NCBI GenBank assembly: GCA_965215515.1
Contig: OZ244057.1
Span: 544,001-608,000, forward strand
Source: Oligoflexales bacterium
Lineage (GTDB): Bacteria; Bdellovibrionota_B; Oligoflexia; Oligoflexales; JAPPIL01
Reading direction: 5' to 3'
DNA: 64,000 nt
The notes under the pieces were generated by a model. The model had not been told where the DNA came from. It worked only from the letters and a program-made list of their open reading frames with translations, and searched no databases. Both the position numbers and the translations under genes were made by a program. Positions 8,749-19,062 of the stretch are shown here, in pieces. Position 1 is the first letter of the stretch, and each line of letters starts with the position of its first letter.

Positions 8749-10029
8749 ATGGGTATCCTCGGTGTTGTCGTTTTTACGGGTATCTGCTGGTTGTTTTCCG
8801 ACGCACGGCGACACATCAGCGTGCACGTGCTGGTCTGGGGGATGGCACTGCAATTTGTGCTAGCCTTCTTGGTGCTCGGTATACCCGCCTGGCACGTTCC
8901 TGGGGTGTTGCAACCGTTGTTTGCCGCACTGGGCAGCGCGGTAATCGCGTTGCTGGGCTTTTCGCTGGAAGGCATTCGATTTCTTTTCGGTGATCTGGCC
9001 GATAGCGAGAAATCTGGTTTTATTCTCGCCCTCCAAGTGCTGATGGTCATCCCGTTTTTCGCCGCACTGATGGCGGTACTTAACCACTGGGGAGTATTGC
9101 AAAGAGTTGTCTATTTTTTGGGCAAATTGATGCAAAAGACGATGCATCTCAGCGGTGCGGAGTCACTGGCAGTGGCAGCCAATATCTTTGTCGGGCAAAC
9201 CGACGCTCCACTCGTCATCCGCCCTTATCTAGCGAACTTAACCCGTTCGGAGCTGTTGTGCTTGATGGTAGGTGGCTTGGCCACCACCTCGGGCACAATC
9301 CTCGCGGCCTACGTCGGGGTGTTGCAGAACGCAGTCCCCGATGTCGCCGAACACCTGCTTACCGCCAGTGTGATGTCAGCCCCCGCCGCCCTGCTGGCCG
9401 CTAAACTGCTTATCCCCGAAACCGAGACTCCCCAAACCGCGGGTAACGTGACGGCGGTCACAACTACCACTATCGATAGCTGTAATACCATCGATGCCGC
9501 GGCCACGGGAGCGAGGGAAGGTCTCTACCTGGCTTTCAACGTCACTGCCATGCTACTCGCCTTCATCGGACTCGTGGCACTGCTCAATGCTGTGCTCGGC
9601 GGTGCAGGCGAGTGGATCGGTTTCGACAGCTGGGGCAAGGGACTAGTTCCTGCAGGCAGAGATGCGCAACTGAGCCTGCAAATCATCTTCGGTTGGATCT
9701 GCGCTCCGCTCGTGTGGATGATGGGTGTGCCCTGGTCTGAAGCGCTCGTCGCGGGCATACTGCTGGGGGAAAAGATAGTCCTTAACGAATTCGTCGCCTA
9801 CCTGAGTCTCTCTCAACTGGAAGGAGTGCTCACACCGCGCTCAGCGATCATCATGTCGTATGCCCTGTGCGGTTTCGCTAACTTCAGCTCGATCGGTATT
9901 CTCATCGGCGGTATCGGTAGTCTCGCGCCTGAACGCCAACACGACGTTGCCCGTCTCGGTCTCCGTGCCCTGCTCGGCGGCACGATCGCAGCGATGATTA
10001 CCGCCGCAATCGCAGGGCTGTTCATCTAA
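8749..10029 (+). CDS. nupC: NupC/CNT family nucleoside:cation symporter
   Basis: SGAESL..AANIFVGQTDAP, KIVLNEFVAY and YALCGFANFSS motifs. Confidence 0.92.
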   Translation: MGILGVVVFTGICWLFSDARRHISVHVLVWGMALQFVLAFLVLGIPAWHVPGVLQPLFAALGSAVIALLGFSLEGIRFLFGDLADSEKSGFILALQVLMVIPFFAALMAVLNHWGVLQRVVYFLGKLMQKTMHLSGAESLAVAANIFVGQTDAPLVIRPYLANLTRSELLCLMVGGLATTSGTILAAYVGVLQNAVPDVAEHLLTASVMSAPAALLAAKLLIPETETPQTAGNVTAVTTTTIDSCNTIDAAATGAREGLYLAFNVTAMLLAFIGLVALLNAVLGGAGEWIGFDSWGKGLVPAGRDAQLSLQIIFGWICAPLVWMMGVPWSEALVAGILLGEKIVLNEFVAYLSLSQLEGVLTPRSAIIMSYALCGFANFSSIGILIGGIGSLAPERQHDVARLGLRALLGGTIAAMITAAIAGLFI

Positions 10030-10146
10030 CCACCCTGTCCGCGGGGCTTTGCTAAATAAGGATGGCGCGCGGCAGGTTTTTTGCTATGCTGACGAGCAGA
10101 AGGTGGTTGCCAGCCACTTTGAATGTGATTTTCACCCCCTGCGCCG

Positions 10147-11739
10147 ATGAACATGAACATTGCCGACCTGCTCAATACACACGCCGCACAGCACCCCTCT
10201 CGTATCTGCTTGTTGCGCGCCCACGGCAAAAACTGGCAACAGCTCAACTACATACAGCTGGCACGGCGTGTCGCCCAAACCGCCCACCGTCTCCAGACAT
10301 TGGGAGTGCAAGCAGGAGCCAAAACCCTACTGGCGTTACCACCAACCCTGGATTTTTTTGTGCTGGTCTACGCCCTGTTCAAAATCGGCGCAGTGCCCGT
10401 CTTCATCGACCCACGTATGGGGCGCGCGAATTTACGCCGCTGTCTGCACCAGGTACAACTCGACTTGCTCATCGCCTCCGCAGCAGTGCGTCTGTGGCTG
10501 CGCGTCATCGCCGCCCTCCGCAGCACACACACCCTCAACCCCTCCACCTGCTTGCGTCCCACCACCGCCTCCTCCACCCCCAGCTGGCAGGCAAGGAAGA
10601 GAAGCATCGCCGCCATAACTTTCACGAGCGGCAGCACAGGCACACCGAAAGGCGTGCTTTATACGCATCATATCCTCGCCGCCCAACTCGCCGCTTTACG
10701 CGACATGTTTGCTATCAAAGGCGACAGCTACGACCTCGCCACCTTCCCGCTCTTCGCCCTCTTCGGCCCGCTGCTGGGTCGCACAACGGTACTCGCCGCG
10801 ATGGACATGACTCGCCCTGCCCGCGTCAAACCCACACGGTTAATTACCGCCATCAACCGCTACCACATCGCCTCGATGTTCTGCTCGCCTGCCGTGCTCG
10901 ATAAACTCGCCACCTACGGCAGACAACACGGGATCAGCCTGCCATCCCTGCGCCAGATAATTTGCGCGGGCGCACCCGTCAATCCTCGCATCTTGCACAC
11001 CGTCGCCCCGCTGTTAGCAGTAGACACCGAGATCTTCACCCCCTACGGGGCGACCGAAGCCCTACCCGTGGCACTCATCGGCAGTCGGACGATTATGCGT
11101 ACCACCGCCCCCGCGACAGCACGCGGTGCAGGCATCTGTATCGGCAAACCCCTCGCCACAGTCGATGTCAGGATAATTAAAATTTATGACGGTGCATTGC
11201 CGTACGATAAAGATTTCCACACCGCCCCAGGGGACATAGGCGAGATCACCGTCAGTGCTCCGTGGCTGTCACACTCTTATCACGAGAACACCGCCGCCGA
11301 TAACGAAGCAAGATACACCCACGGAGGTAAAATCTACCATCGCATGGGTGATCTCGGCTACTACGACAAGGAAGGGCAACTGTGGTACTGCGGACGCAAA
11401 TCACAGCGTGTGCGCTGCAGTGCGGGCACGCTGTATACCGTATGCTGTGAGGGAATTTTCAACGCCCACACCGCGGTAAAATGCAGCGCACTGATCGCCA
11501 TCAAAGTGCAAGGACAACGACAGGCTGGTGTGTGCGTAGAAACTCTGCACAAACTAGCAGCGCAGCAACGGCAAAAGCTACGGCGAGAATTACAACAACT
11601 AGCACGGAAATTCAAAACTACTGCCGCGATCACGCATTTTTACTTCTTAAAAAAATTGCCCGTCGATAGACGACACAACGCCAAAATTTTGCGAGAACAA
11701 CTGACACACAAGATAGGTAAACGTCTTGTCTCCCCCTAA
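10147..11739 (+). CDS. oleC: OleC-like AMP-forming ligase / olefin beta-lactone synthetase
   Basis: FTSGSTGTPKG, DLATFPLFALF, TPYGATEALPV, HRMGDLGY and PVDRRHNAKI motifs; directly upstream of an OleD-like gene. Confidence 0.8.
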   Translation: MNMNIADLLNTHAAQHPSRICLLRAHGKNWQQLNYIQLARRVAQTAHRLQTLGVQAGAKTLLALPPTLDFFVLVYALFKIGAVPVFIDPRMGRANLRRCLHQVQLDLLIASAAVRLWLRVIAALRSTHTLNPSTCLRPTTASSTPSWQARKRSIAAITFTSGSTGTPKGVLYTHHILAAQLAALRDMFAIKGDSYDLATFPLFALFGPLLGRTTVLAAMDMTRPARVKPTRLITAINRYHIASMFCSPAVLDKLATYGRQHGISLPSLRQIICAGAPVNPRILHTVAPLLAVDTEIFTPYGATEALPVALIGSRTIMRTTAPATARGAGICIGKPLATVDVRIIKIYDGALPYDKDFHTAPGDIGEITVSAPWLSHSYHENTAADNEARYTHGGKIYHRMGDLGYYDKEGQLWYCGRKSQRVRCSAGTLYTVCCEGIFNAHTAVKCSALIAIKVQGQRQAGVCVETLHKLAAQQRQKLRRELQQLARKFKTTAAITHFYFLKKLPVDRRHNAKILREQLTHKIGKRLVSP

Positions 11740-12733
11740 CTCCATGCATGCCCTCGTAACAGGAGGGGGCGGGTTTCTCGGTCTAGAACTGGTCAAACAA
11801 TTGTTGGCCGCGGGTTATCGAGTACGTTCGTTTGCACGCCAACATCATGCCGTTCTCGACCGACTCGGTGTCGCTAGTGTGCGCGGCGACCTCACCCATG
11901 CCGAGGCCGTACAACGCGCCGTACAAGGGGTCGATATTGTCTTTCACGTTGCGGCACGCGCAGGAGTGTGGGGCAAACGACAGCTGTACTACGACACCAA
12001 CGTCATCGGCACACAACATGTCGTGGCGGCTTGCTTGCGACACAAAACGAAATACCTTATCTATACGGGCAGTCCGAGCGTTACCTTCGACGGGCGAGCA
12101 CAGGAAGGTGTTAACGAGGACACGCCCTACACACAAAAATTTTTCTGTGCCTACCAAGAGACAAAAACCATCGCGGAACGTTATGCTCTACAAAATCGTT
12201 GTCCCGACCTCTACACGGTGGCCTTGCGTCCACATCTGATCTGGGGGGTAGGTGATCCGCATTTTTTGCCGCGCTTGCTGGCACACAGTAAACGTCTGCG
12301 TTTTATCGGCGAAGGCACAAACCTTATCGACACGACTTACGTCAGCGATGCTGCCGCGGCACACGTGTGCGCCGCGCAAGCTCTGCGCCACAATCATGCC
12401 CTCAGTGGACGCAGTTATTTTATCAGCGGCGGAGAACCGCAGCGCGTGTCCGTCTTTCTCAACGCCCTGCTCACCGCATGCGGACGGCCTGCGCGGCACA
12501 AAAAAATTCCGCGGCGCATCGGCTTGTGTCTCGGCACACTGTGCGAAACGATCTTTCGTGCACTAGGTAGTCAGCGTGAACCGCCGCTGACGTATTTTGT
12601 CGCGGCACAGCTGGCGAAGGCACACTGGTATGACATCAGCAGAGCAAAACAAGAGCTGGGTTACAACCCCCAAGTATCGTTGACACAGGGTTGTGCCTGG
12701 CTGCGAGAAGAGCACAGACGGGCGAAGTATTGA
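11726..12733 (+). CDS. oleD: OleD-like 3-beta-HSD/SDR, 2-alkyl-3-oxoalkanoate reductase
   Basis: TGGGGFLG, FHVAA.AGVWG, YxxxK and LRPHLIWG motifs; coupled to oleC. Confidence 0.8.
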   Translation: MSPPNSMHALVTGGGGFLGLELVKQLLAAGYRVRSFARQHHAVLDRLGVASVRGDLTHAEAVQRAVQGVDIVFHVAARAGVWGKRQLYYDTNVIGTQHVVAACLRHKTKYLIYTGSPSVTFDGRAQEGVNEDTPYTQKFFCAYQETKTIAERYALQNRCPDLYTVALRPHLIWGVGDPHFLPRLLAHSKRLRFIGEGTNLIDTTYVSDAAAAHVCAAQALRHNHALSGRSYFISGGEPQRVSVFLNALLTACGRPARHKKIPRRIGLCLGTLCETIFRALGSQREPPLTYFVAAQLAKAHWYDISRAKQELGYNPQVSLTQGCAWLREEHRRAKY

Positions 12734-12808
12734 CATTACCTGCTGATCGATGTTTAAAGCGTCGGCGCGACGAACGGCACGCGGTGTTAACGGGCAACGG
12801 GATTAACC

Positions 12809-13519
12809 ATGATAACTAAAGAAATCACGTACGAGCACGGCAGAACAACCCTCGCGGGCTACCTCGCCCATCGGGAAGATGACGCACCCCTCCCCGCGGT
12901 ACTGATCTGCCATGCGTGGAAGGGACGAGACCAGTACGTGTGTGACAAGGCGGTCGCACTGGCTAAAAACGGCTATGTCGGCTTTGCTCTCGATGTTTAC
13001 GGCCAGGGGGTGCTCGGCACGAGTGTGGAAGAAAACACCCGCCTGATGACTCCCTTCATGGAGGATCGAGACTTCCTGCTTCAGCGTCTGCTGGCTGGTT
13101 ATGAGACACTGTGTCAGTTGCCACAGGTGGATGAACAACGCATCGCAGCTATCGGCTACTGTTTTGGCGGGCTGTGTGCTCTCGATCTCATGCGTACGGG
13201 CACGCGCCTGCGCGGCGTAGTAAGTCTGCACGGCTTGTTAACCCCGCGGGGCAAAGACAACAACGTTAGCCAGACCGCCACCAGAGCACTGGTACTGCAC
13301 GGTGGCAGCGATCCGATGGTTAGTCTTGACGACGTGGTGGCTTTCCACGGCGAGATGCAAAAAATGCAGGCTGAGTGGCAACTGCACATGTATAGCGACG
13401 CACAGCACGCCTTCACTAATCCCGACGCACATGACCAGCAACTCGGCACCGTCTACAACGAGCGTGCCGCGGCTCACGCCGACTTCTTGCTGCAGCGTTT
13501 TTTACGAGAAGTTTTTTAA
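12809..13519 (+). CDS. dienelactone hydrolase family protein
   Basis: GYCFGG nucleophile elbow, HGGSDP and HAFTNP. Confidence 0.92.
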   Translation: MITKEITYEHGRTTLAGYLAHREDDAPLPAVLICHAWKGRDQYVCDKAVALAKNGYVGFALDVYGQGVLGTSVEENTRLMTPFMEDRDFLLQRLLAGYETLCQLPQVDEQRIAAIGYCFGGLCALDLMRTGTRLRGVVSLHGLLTPRGKDNNVSQTATRALVLHGGSDPMVSLDDVVAFHGEMQKMQAEWQLHMYSDAQHAFTNPDAHDQQLGTVYNERAAAHADFLLQRFLREVF

Positions 13520-13584
13520 CGCGCGACAACACCGCTAGCACCCACAAGAAGCTTGCGTGCAGTAACGCAGTGGCTGACCCTGGC

Positions 13585-15231
13585 TTAAACATCGGACAGC
13601 ATATCACGCATCGCTCGTCCTGAGGGATCAGCTTTGGTTGCGAAACGCTGATCCCACTCCAAAGCCGCGGCTGACGAGCAGGCGATGCTTTTTTCGTGAG
13701 GTACACAGTCGAGAGTGTGTGTGGCGAAAGATTGTGCGTAAAGCTGACGATAGAGGTATTCTTCTTTGGTGCGAGGGGTTTTGCGGGGAAAATCTTGCGC
13801 ACGAGCGGCGAACTGCTGATCGTTTATCTCTTTCTCCGCATGTGCTTGCAAAGCATCTATCCAGCGATAGCCGACCCCATCGGAAAACTGCTCTTTCTGT
13901 CGCCACACGATGGCATGCGGCAGGTAAGCGGCGAAAGCCTGACGCAAGACATGTTTCTCCATACGTGTGCCGCGGGGCATTTTTATCTGAGGCTGCATGT
14001 TCATGGCACGATTGAGAAAATCAATATCGAGAAACGGGACACGTGCCTCCACTCCCCACGCTGCCATCGCTTTGTTAACACGCAGACAGTCGTAGCGATG
14101 CAGTGCTTTAATCTTGCGCAGTATCTCGCGCTGAAACTCCTGCTCGTTAGGGGCACGGTGAAAATACAGATAACCGCCGAACACTTCATCCGCTCCTTCA
14201 CCCGACAACACCATCTTGATCCCCATCGCTTTGATCTTACGTGCCAACAAATACATCGGCACGGACGCACGCACCGTCGTGATGTCAAACGTTTCGATGT
14301 GGTAGATGACATCGGCAAGTGCATCCAAACCTTCCTGCTCCGTAAAGGTAAAGGCATGGTGAGCAGTGCCGATATGCTCTGCCACCACCTGTGCGGCCGC
14401 AAGATCAGGAGCGTCAGGCAAACCGATGGTGAACGAGTGCAGGCGTGGCCACCACGCCGCGCTGCCATCTTCAACCCGTTGGGCGGCAAAACGTGCGGCG
14501 ATAGCGGCGATAAGCGACGAGTCCACCCCCCCAGAGATGAGCAGACCGAAAGGTACATCACACATCAACTGGCGGTGCACCGCTTCCTCCAGGGCAAGAC
14601 GCATACGTTTGGGAGTGGTGTACCTTTGCGGCAAGGAAAAATCGCGCTGCAGCCAGCCTGGCCTGAACCAACGCTGTAGTTTACCATCGAGCAGTGCGTG
14701 CCCTGGGGGAAATTCCCACACCCTCGTGCAGACATCGGTGATCGCCTTCAACTCGGAGGCGACGAAGAGGTTATGCTCACAGTCACGTCCGTAGTAAAGC
14801 GGCACAACCCCGATCGCATCTCTGGCCACGAGATAACTGTGGCGATGGCGATCGTAAAGTACGAAAGCAAAGATACCATTCAGGGCGCGCAGAAAATCAA
14901 CTCCCTGCTCTTCGTAAAGATACATCAAGATCTCGCAATCGGAGGAGGTCTTGAAGTTGTGCTGTCTGCTCAAAAAGCCGCGCAGCTCGCGGTGATTGTA
15001 AATCTCGCCGTTGACGCAGAGTACCTTGCCACTGTCGCTCTGTAACGGCTGTGCACCGCTCTCGACATCGACGATCGCCAAGCGTTCATGTGCCAACACC
15101 GCTCGCTCGTCCGCATAAATCCCGCTCCAATCAGGGCCGCGATGACGCAGACGACGGGCAAGCTGCAAGGCGCGTGTCCGCAAATCACGCGGGCTACGGG
15201 TTATTTCGAGAATTGCCACTACCGCACACAT
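13585..15231 (-). CDS. asnB: asparagine synthase B (glutamine-hydrolysing)
   Basis: Start set at MCAVV (Ntn Cys2); HRGPD, SGGVDSS, SGEGADE and RQKEQFSDGVG motifs. Confidence 0.95.
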   Translation of the reverse strand: MCAVVAILEITRSPRDLRTRALQLARRLRHRGPDWSGIYADERAVLAHERLAIVDVESGAQPLQSDSGKVLCVNGEIYNHRELRGFLSRQHNFKTSSDCEILMYLYEEQGVDFLRALNGIFAFVLYDRHRHSYLVARDAIGVVPLYYGRDCEHNLFVASELKAITDVCTRVWEFPPGHALLDGKLQRWFRPGWLQRDFSLPQRYTTPKRMRLALEEAVHRQLMCDVPFGLLISGGVDSSLIAAIAARFAAQRVEDGSAAWWPRLHSFTIGLPDAPDLAAAQVVAEHIGTAHHAFTFTEQEGLDALADVIYHIETFDITTVRASVPMYLLARKIKAMGIKMVLSGEGADEVFGGYLYFHRAPNEQEFQREILRKIKALHRYDCLRVNKAMAAWGVEARVPFLDIDFLNRAMNMQPQIKMPRGTRMEKHVLRQAFAAYLPHAIVWRQKEQFSDGVGYRWIDALQAHAEKEINDQQFAARAQDFPRKTPRTKEEYLYRQLYAQSFATHTLDCVPHEKSIACSSAAALEWDQRFATKADPSGRAMRDMLSDV

Positions 15232-15289
15232 ACCCGAAAAGGGTATGATACAATTTGGGTTTCTGCGAGTTATTTTTAAAGGTCGCGCG

Positions 15290-15886
15290 GTGAAAAACAT
15301 CGCCATCTACTATCGTGTGTCGACCGAACGGCAGGATTTGCGTAGCCAAACAGAGGCAATCGAGAGCTGGCTAGCCAAGCGAGACCAACAACCCCAGAAG
15401 GTTTACACTTTCAAGGACACGGGCTATTCAGGCAGCCACCAAAACCGCCCTGCTTACCGTGACCTGATGAAGCTTGCCATCAACGGACGCATCGACACCA
15501 TCGTTGTCTACCGCCTCGACCGTTTTAGCCGCAGTGCCAGCAACGCTATCCGCACCTTGTTGGAACTCGACGACTACGGTGTAGCGTTCGTCAGTGTCAC
15601 GCAGCCTGTACTGAGTCTCGGTCACGACAATCCCTTTCGGCGCACGATGCTCGCGGCTTTCGCCGAGATCGCGGAGATAGAGCGCGACACCATCGTCGCA
15701 CGTGTTAAGTCAGGCTTGCAAGCAGCCCGCAAACGCGGCATTAAGCTCGGTCGTCCCTCGAAAGGCACCGCCGAGCTCCTAGCCCGCGTGCGTTCCCTGC
15801 GTCGGCAAGGGCTATCATACCGCGCCATTGCCGCACGCGTGCAGCTGAGCAAAGGCAAAGTGCACAACATGCTCAACCAGCGATAG
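15290..15886 (+). CDS. small serine recombinase (resolvase/invertase) with C-terminal HTH
   Basis: YYRVST, DTGYSG..RP, RLDRFSRS and E.ER..I..R...G..LGRP motifs; probable GTG start at 15290. Confidence 0.92.
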   Translation: MKNIAIYYRVSTERQDLRSQTEAIESWLAKRDQQPQKVYTFKDTGYSGSHQNRPAYRDLMKLAINGRIDTIVVYRLDRFSRSASNAIRTLLELDDYGVAFVSVTQPVLSLGHDNPFRRTMLAAFAEIAEIERDTIVARVKSGLQAARKRGIKLGRPSKGTAELLARVRSLRRQGLSYRAIAARVQLSKGKVHNMLNQR

Positions 15887-16040
15887 TGATAAGTAAGCAC
15901 CACCGTTAGGCTAACACGAGCAGCACATCACCCTCCATCCCGCGTGTCAGCAAACAAAAGCTTGCATTTCTGTCTTAGCTGTGTTACGCGCCGCAGCGAT
16001 ACTTGCTGCAGGAAATTTGTTTTTGTTACTGGAGGGATCG

Positions 16041-19016
16041 ATGCAGTTTCTAATTGTGTTGGCAGTGCTGACTGTGAGCAGTACGGCTCTGTGCCGCAAC
16101 GTGCAGTTGCCTAGAGGCGTGGCGGGCAAGGTGCATCTGTTGCATCGTCTGATTATGGCGGGGGAGCAGACGGAGCTGGTACGTTTGCTGTCGCAGCTGC
16201 AACGACATGTCAACGACGGTGACCATGAAGGGCATACGCCGCTGCACTGGGCTGTCTATGCAGACGACCTCGACAGCGCAAAATCTCTGCTGAAGTACAA
16301 AGCTGATCCCAATATCGCGGATAAATACGGGCGCACAGCGCTACACGAGGCAGCACGGGTGGGCAGCAACGAGATGCTCAACCTCCTGATAGACAGTGGC
16401 GGTGATCCTGAAGCACCTGACGAACAGTACGGCTGGGATGCCCTCTTCTGGGCGGCGTACTCGGGCACTAAGGAGTCGCTGCAAACGTTGATAGAGCGGG
16501 TCGGTTCGCAGCACGAGAAGACGGGTGAGAAGACGGGTGGTGCCGACATTTACGCTGTCGTCTTGCAACAAGACGATCCCAGTAAAATGTCGGGCGAGGA
16601 CAACGACAAGATAGCCAAGGTGGAGCTGTTGCTGGCTGCGGGGGTTGTGCCCGACATCGGCGTGGCGATGATGCTAGTCCCGTTGGAAAAGATGACATCG
16701 CTAGCTGCAGTGTTCAATGCTCACGCGGGTGAGGTAGAGTTCAACACTTCTAATATCAATGGCATAGATCCAAGGAACTGGAAGACCTTGCTGATGAAGG
16801 CGATGGCGGCAGGAAGTGTTCCCGCCGCGGAGTTTTTGCTCCGTCAGGGGGCGGACCCCCATGCGGTCGACGGGAAAGGCCGTCATGTCCTCATCTCCGA
16901 CTACCAGAAGGGCGCACAGCTGGAGATAGCGAAGCTCTTGCTCGAACATGGGGTCGAAGTGCAGAACGCAGGTGTCGAGGCAGCCTTCTACGCAGCTCTG
17001 AGGCACGATGACGTGGAACTAGCAGAATTGCTGTTGGCGAAGGTGACAGAAGATGGCGAAAACCCCGTGCCCGATGCATGGGTCATTTTTCGCGGCGTAC
17101 CTAACGTGGGCTTAGCACCCGCGATACAGTTAGCGAAGAGTGAGGAGATGCAGGAGCTGTTGCTGCTGTACGGTCTGGGCGAGCAAGACAGACTGAATGC
17201 GATCGTGCGCACCCTCGAACAGAGAGTTAAACAAAAACAGGGCGGTAGCGTTACACGAGAAACGGCGCGCTCCGTGCCTGATTTTCTGATAGACTTCAAC
17301 GCCCTCGCCGCGGCGGGCAAGTTTAAGCCCGTCATCGGCCGCGAACGGGAAATACAACAGGTGATCACGGCGCTGGCCCGCAAGGAGAAAAACAACCCGC
17401 TGCTGGTCGGGGAGGCTGGTGTCGGCAAGACCGCCATCGTCGAAGGCCTGACGCAGCGTATCGTCGCGGGAGACGTGCCCCCTATCATGCGCGACAAGAC
17501 CGTCTACGCCCTAGACATGGGTTTATTGCTCGCCGACAACATGCATCGCGGTCAGCTCGAAGCTGTCATCACCGAAGAGCTGTTACCTTTCATCGCCGAA
17601 AACGAGAGTAATGCCATTCTTTTCGTCGATGAGATCCATCAGCTCATCAGTTCAGCGGCGGCACGGGGGATCGCGGACTTGTTGAAACCTGCCCTGGCGC
17701 GGGGGGACATACACTGCATCGGTGCGACGACGCAGGACGATTATCAGCAACACATTATGCTGGACAGTGCGTTAGAGAGACGTTTCTTCCCTGTCACCGT
17801 CGCCGAGCCGTCGGTCGCAGACACGATCGCTATCGTCAGCGGCTTGAAGAGGGTGTATGAACAGCACCACGGCATTACCATCAGCGACAGTGCCGTACAG
17901 GGTGCGGTAAAACTTGCTGACCAGTATATCACTAACCGCTACCATCCCGACAAAGCCATCGATCTGATCGACATGGCGGCGGCAAAAGTCGTGGTCAATG
18001 AAGGCAAAGATCTGCAATTTTTACAGGTAGCTGAAGTCGTCGCCGACGTGACGGGCGTGGCGGTGGAACGCATCTTGATCCGTCCCCAGGATAAGGTTGA
18101 CCGACTGTTGCCTTTTATGCAGCGACGTATCTTTGGACAGGACGAGGGATTGGAAGAAATCGCCAGATACCTTTCCCCTTTTCTCATGGGGGTCGGCGAT
18201 CAGGACAGACCTGCGTCGCTGTTGCTGCTGGGGCCGACTGGAGTTGGCAAGACAGAAACGGCAAAGGTGCTGGCGGAACATTTTTTCGGAGCAGATGACA
18301 ACCTGATCAACATCAACCTCAGCGAATACCGCGAGAGACACGATGTCGCGAGTCTGATCGGTGCTCCCTCAGGTTACATCGGCTACGAACAAGGTGGTAT
18401 TCTGACCGAAGCCGTGCGCCGTAAACCCTTCTCGGTGGTGTTGTTCGATGAAATAGGCGAGGCACACCCAGATTTTGCTGGCATTCTGTTAAAAATTCTC
18501 GATGAGGGTGAGCTTACCGACAAGAGAGGACGTACGACCAATTTTAGAAACACCATTATCGTCATCACAGGCAACACCGAGACCAGCAAAAGCCGTGGCA
18601 GTGTCGGTTTCAAAGCGGGGACGGAACAGGCATCCCCCAGTGGCGTGAGTGCGAGCCAAGTCCCGATACAGGCCAAATTGCAAGGGCGTTTAGGAAAAAT
18701 TATCACCTACGCTTCCTTGCCAGCAGAAGTGATGGGGAGACTGATCAGCAAAGAACTCGCCCGTTTCAATGCCCAACTGGCACAAAAAAACATCTCTATA
18801 TCGCTCACCGCTACCTTGCGTAAACATTTGCGTGAACGGGGTTATAAACCTGAACTGGGAGCGAGGTCACTGCAAAACATGCTTGTGGAGTTGGTGGAAA
18901 GTCCGCTGTCAGCTAAGCTTGCCACCGGTGAATTGCAAGAAAATCGCCACTACCGTATCGGCATCAGAAACGGCAAGATAACGATTAAGGAACAACCCGC
19001 AACACGTCAAAAATAA
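16041..19016 (+). CDS. signal peptide + ankyrin repeats fused to a two-domain ClpA/ClpC-type AAA+ ATPase
   Basis: SD ggaggg then MQFLIVLAVLTVSSTALC; ankyrin GHTPLHWA and GRTALHEA; D1 KNNPLLVGEAGVGKT/FVDE; D2 GPTGVGKT/LFDE; APSGYIGY pore loop. Confidence 0.9.
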   Translation: MQFLIVLAVLTVSSTALCRNVQLPRGVAGKVHLLHRLIMAGEQTELVRLLSQLQRHVNDGDHEGHTPLHWAVYADDLDSAKSLLKYKADPNIADKYGRTALHEAARVGSNEMLNLLIDSGGDPEAPDEQYGWDALFWAAYSGTKESLQTLIERVGSQHEKTGEKTGGADIYAVVLQQDDPSKMSGEDNDKIAKVELLLAAGVVPDIGVAMMLVPLEKMTSLAAVFNAHAGEVEFNTSNINGIDPRNWKTLLMKAMAAGSVPAAEFLLRQGADPHAVDGKGRHVLISDYQKGAQLEIAKLLLEHGVEVQNAGVEAAFYAALRHDDVELAELLLAKVTEDGENPVPDAWVIFRGVPNVGLAPAIQLAKSEEMQELLLLYGLGEQDRLNAIVRTLEQRVKQKQGGSVTRETARSVPDFLIDFNALAAAGKFKPVIGREREIQQVITALARKEKNNPLLVGEAGVGKTAIVEGLTQRIVAGDVPPIMRDKTVYALDMGLLLADNMHRGQLEAVITEELLPFIAENESNAILFVDEIHQLISSAAARGIADLLKPALARGDIHCIGATTQDDYQQHIMLDSALERRFFPVTVAEPSVADTIAIVSGLKRVYEQHHGITISDSAVQGAVKLADQYITNRYHPDKAIDLIDMAAAKVVVNEGKDLQFLQVAEVVADVTGVAVERILIRPQDKVDRLLPFMQRRIFGQDEGLEEIARYLSPFLMGVGDQDRPASLLLLGPTGVGKTETAKVLAEHFFGADDNLININLSEYRERHDVASLIGAPSGYIGYEQGGILTEAVRRKPFSVVLFDEIGEAHPDFAGILLKILDEGELTDKRGRTTNFRNTIIVITGNTETSKSRGSVGFKAGTEQASPSGVSASQVPIQAKLQGRLGKIITYASLPAEVMGRLISKELARFNAQLAQKNISISLTATLRKHLRERGYKPELGARSLQNMLVELVESPLSAKLATGELQENRHYRIGIRNGKITIKEQPATRQK

Positions 19017-19062
19017 AAACTCAGTGGCTACCACACCGCTTGTGCTGCACAATTAGCAAAAA

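Noticed and set aside
13696..14679. Long antisense ORFs over asnB (similar ones over nrdJ, lon and tatD)
   Set aside because: Shadow frames of well-supported genes, with no motifs
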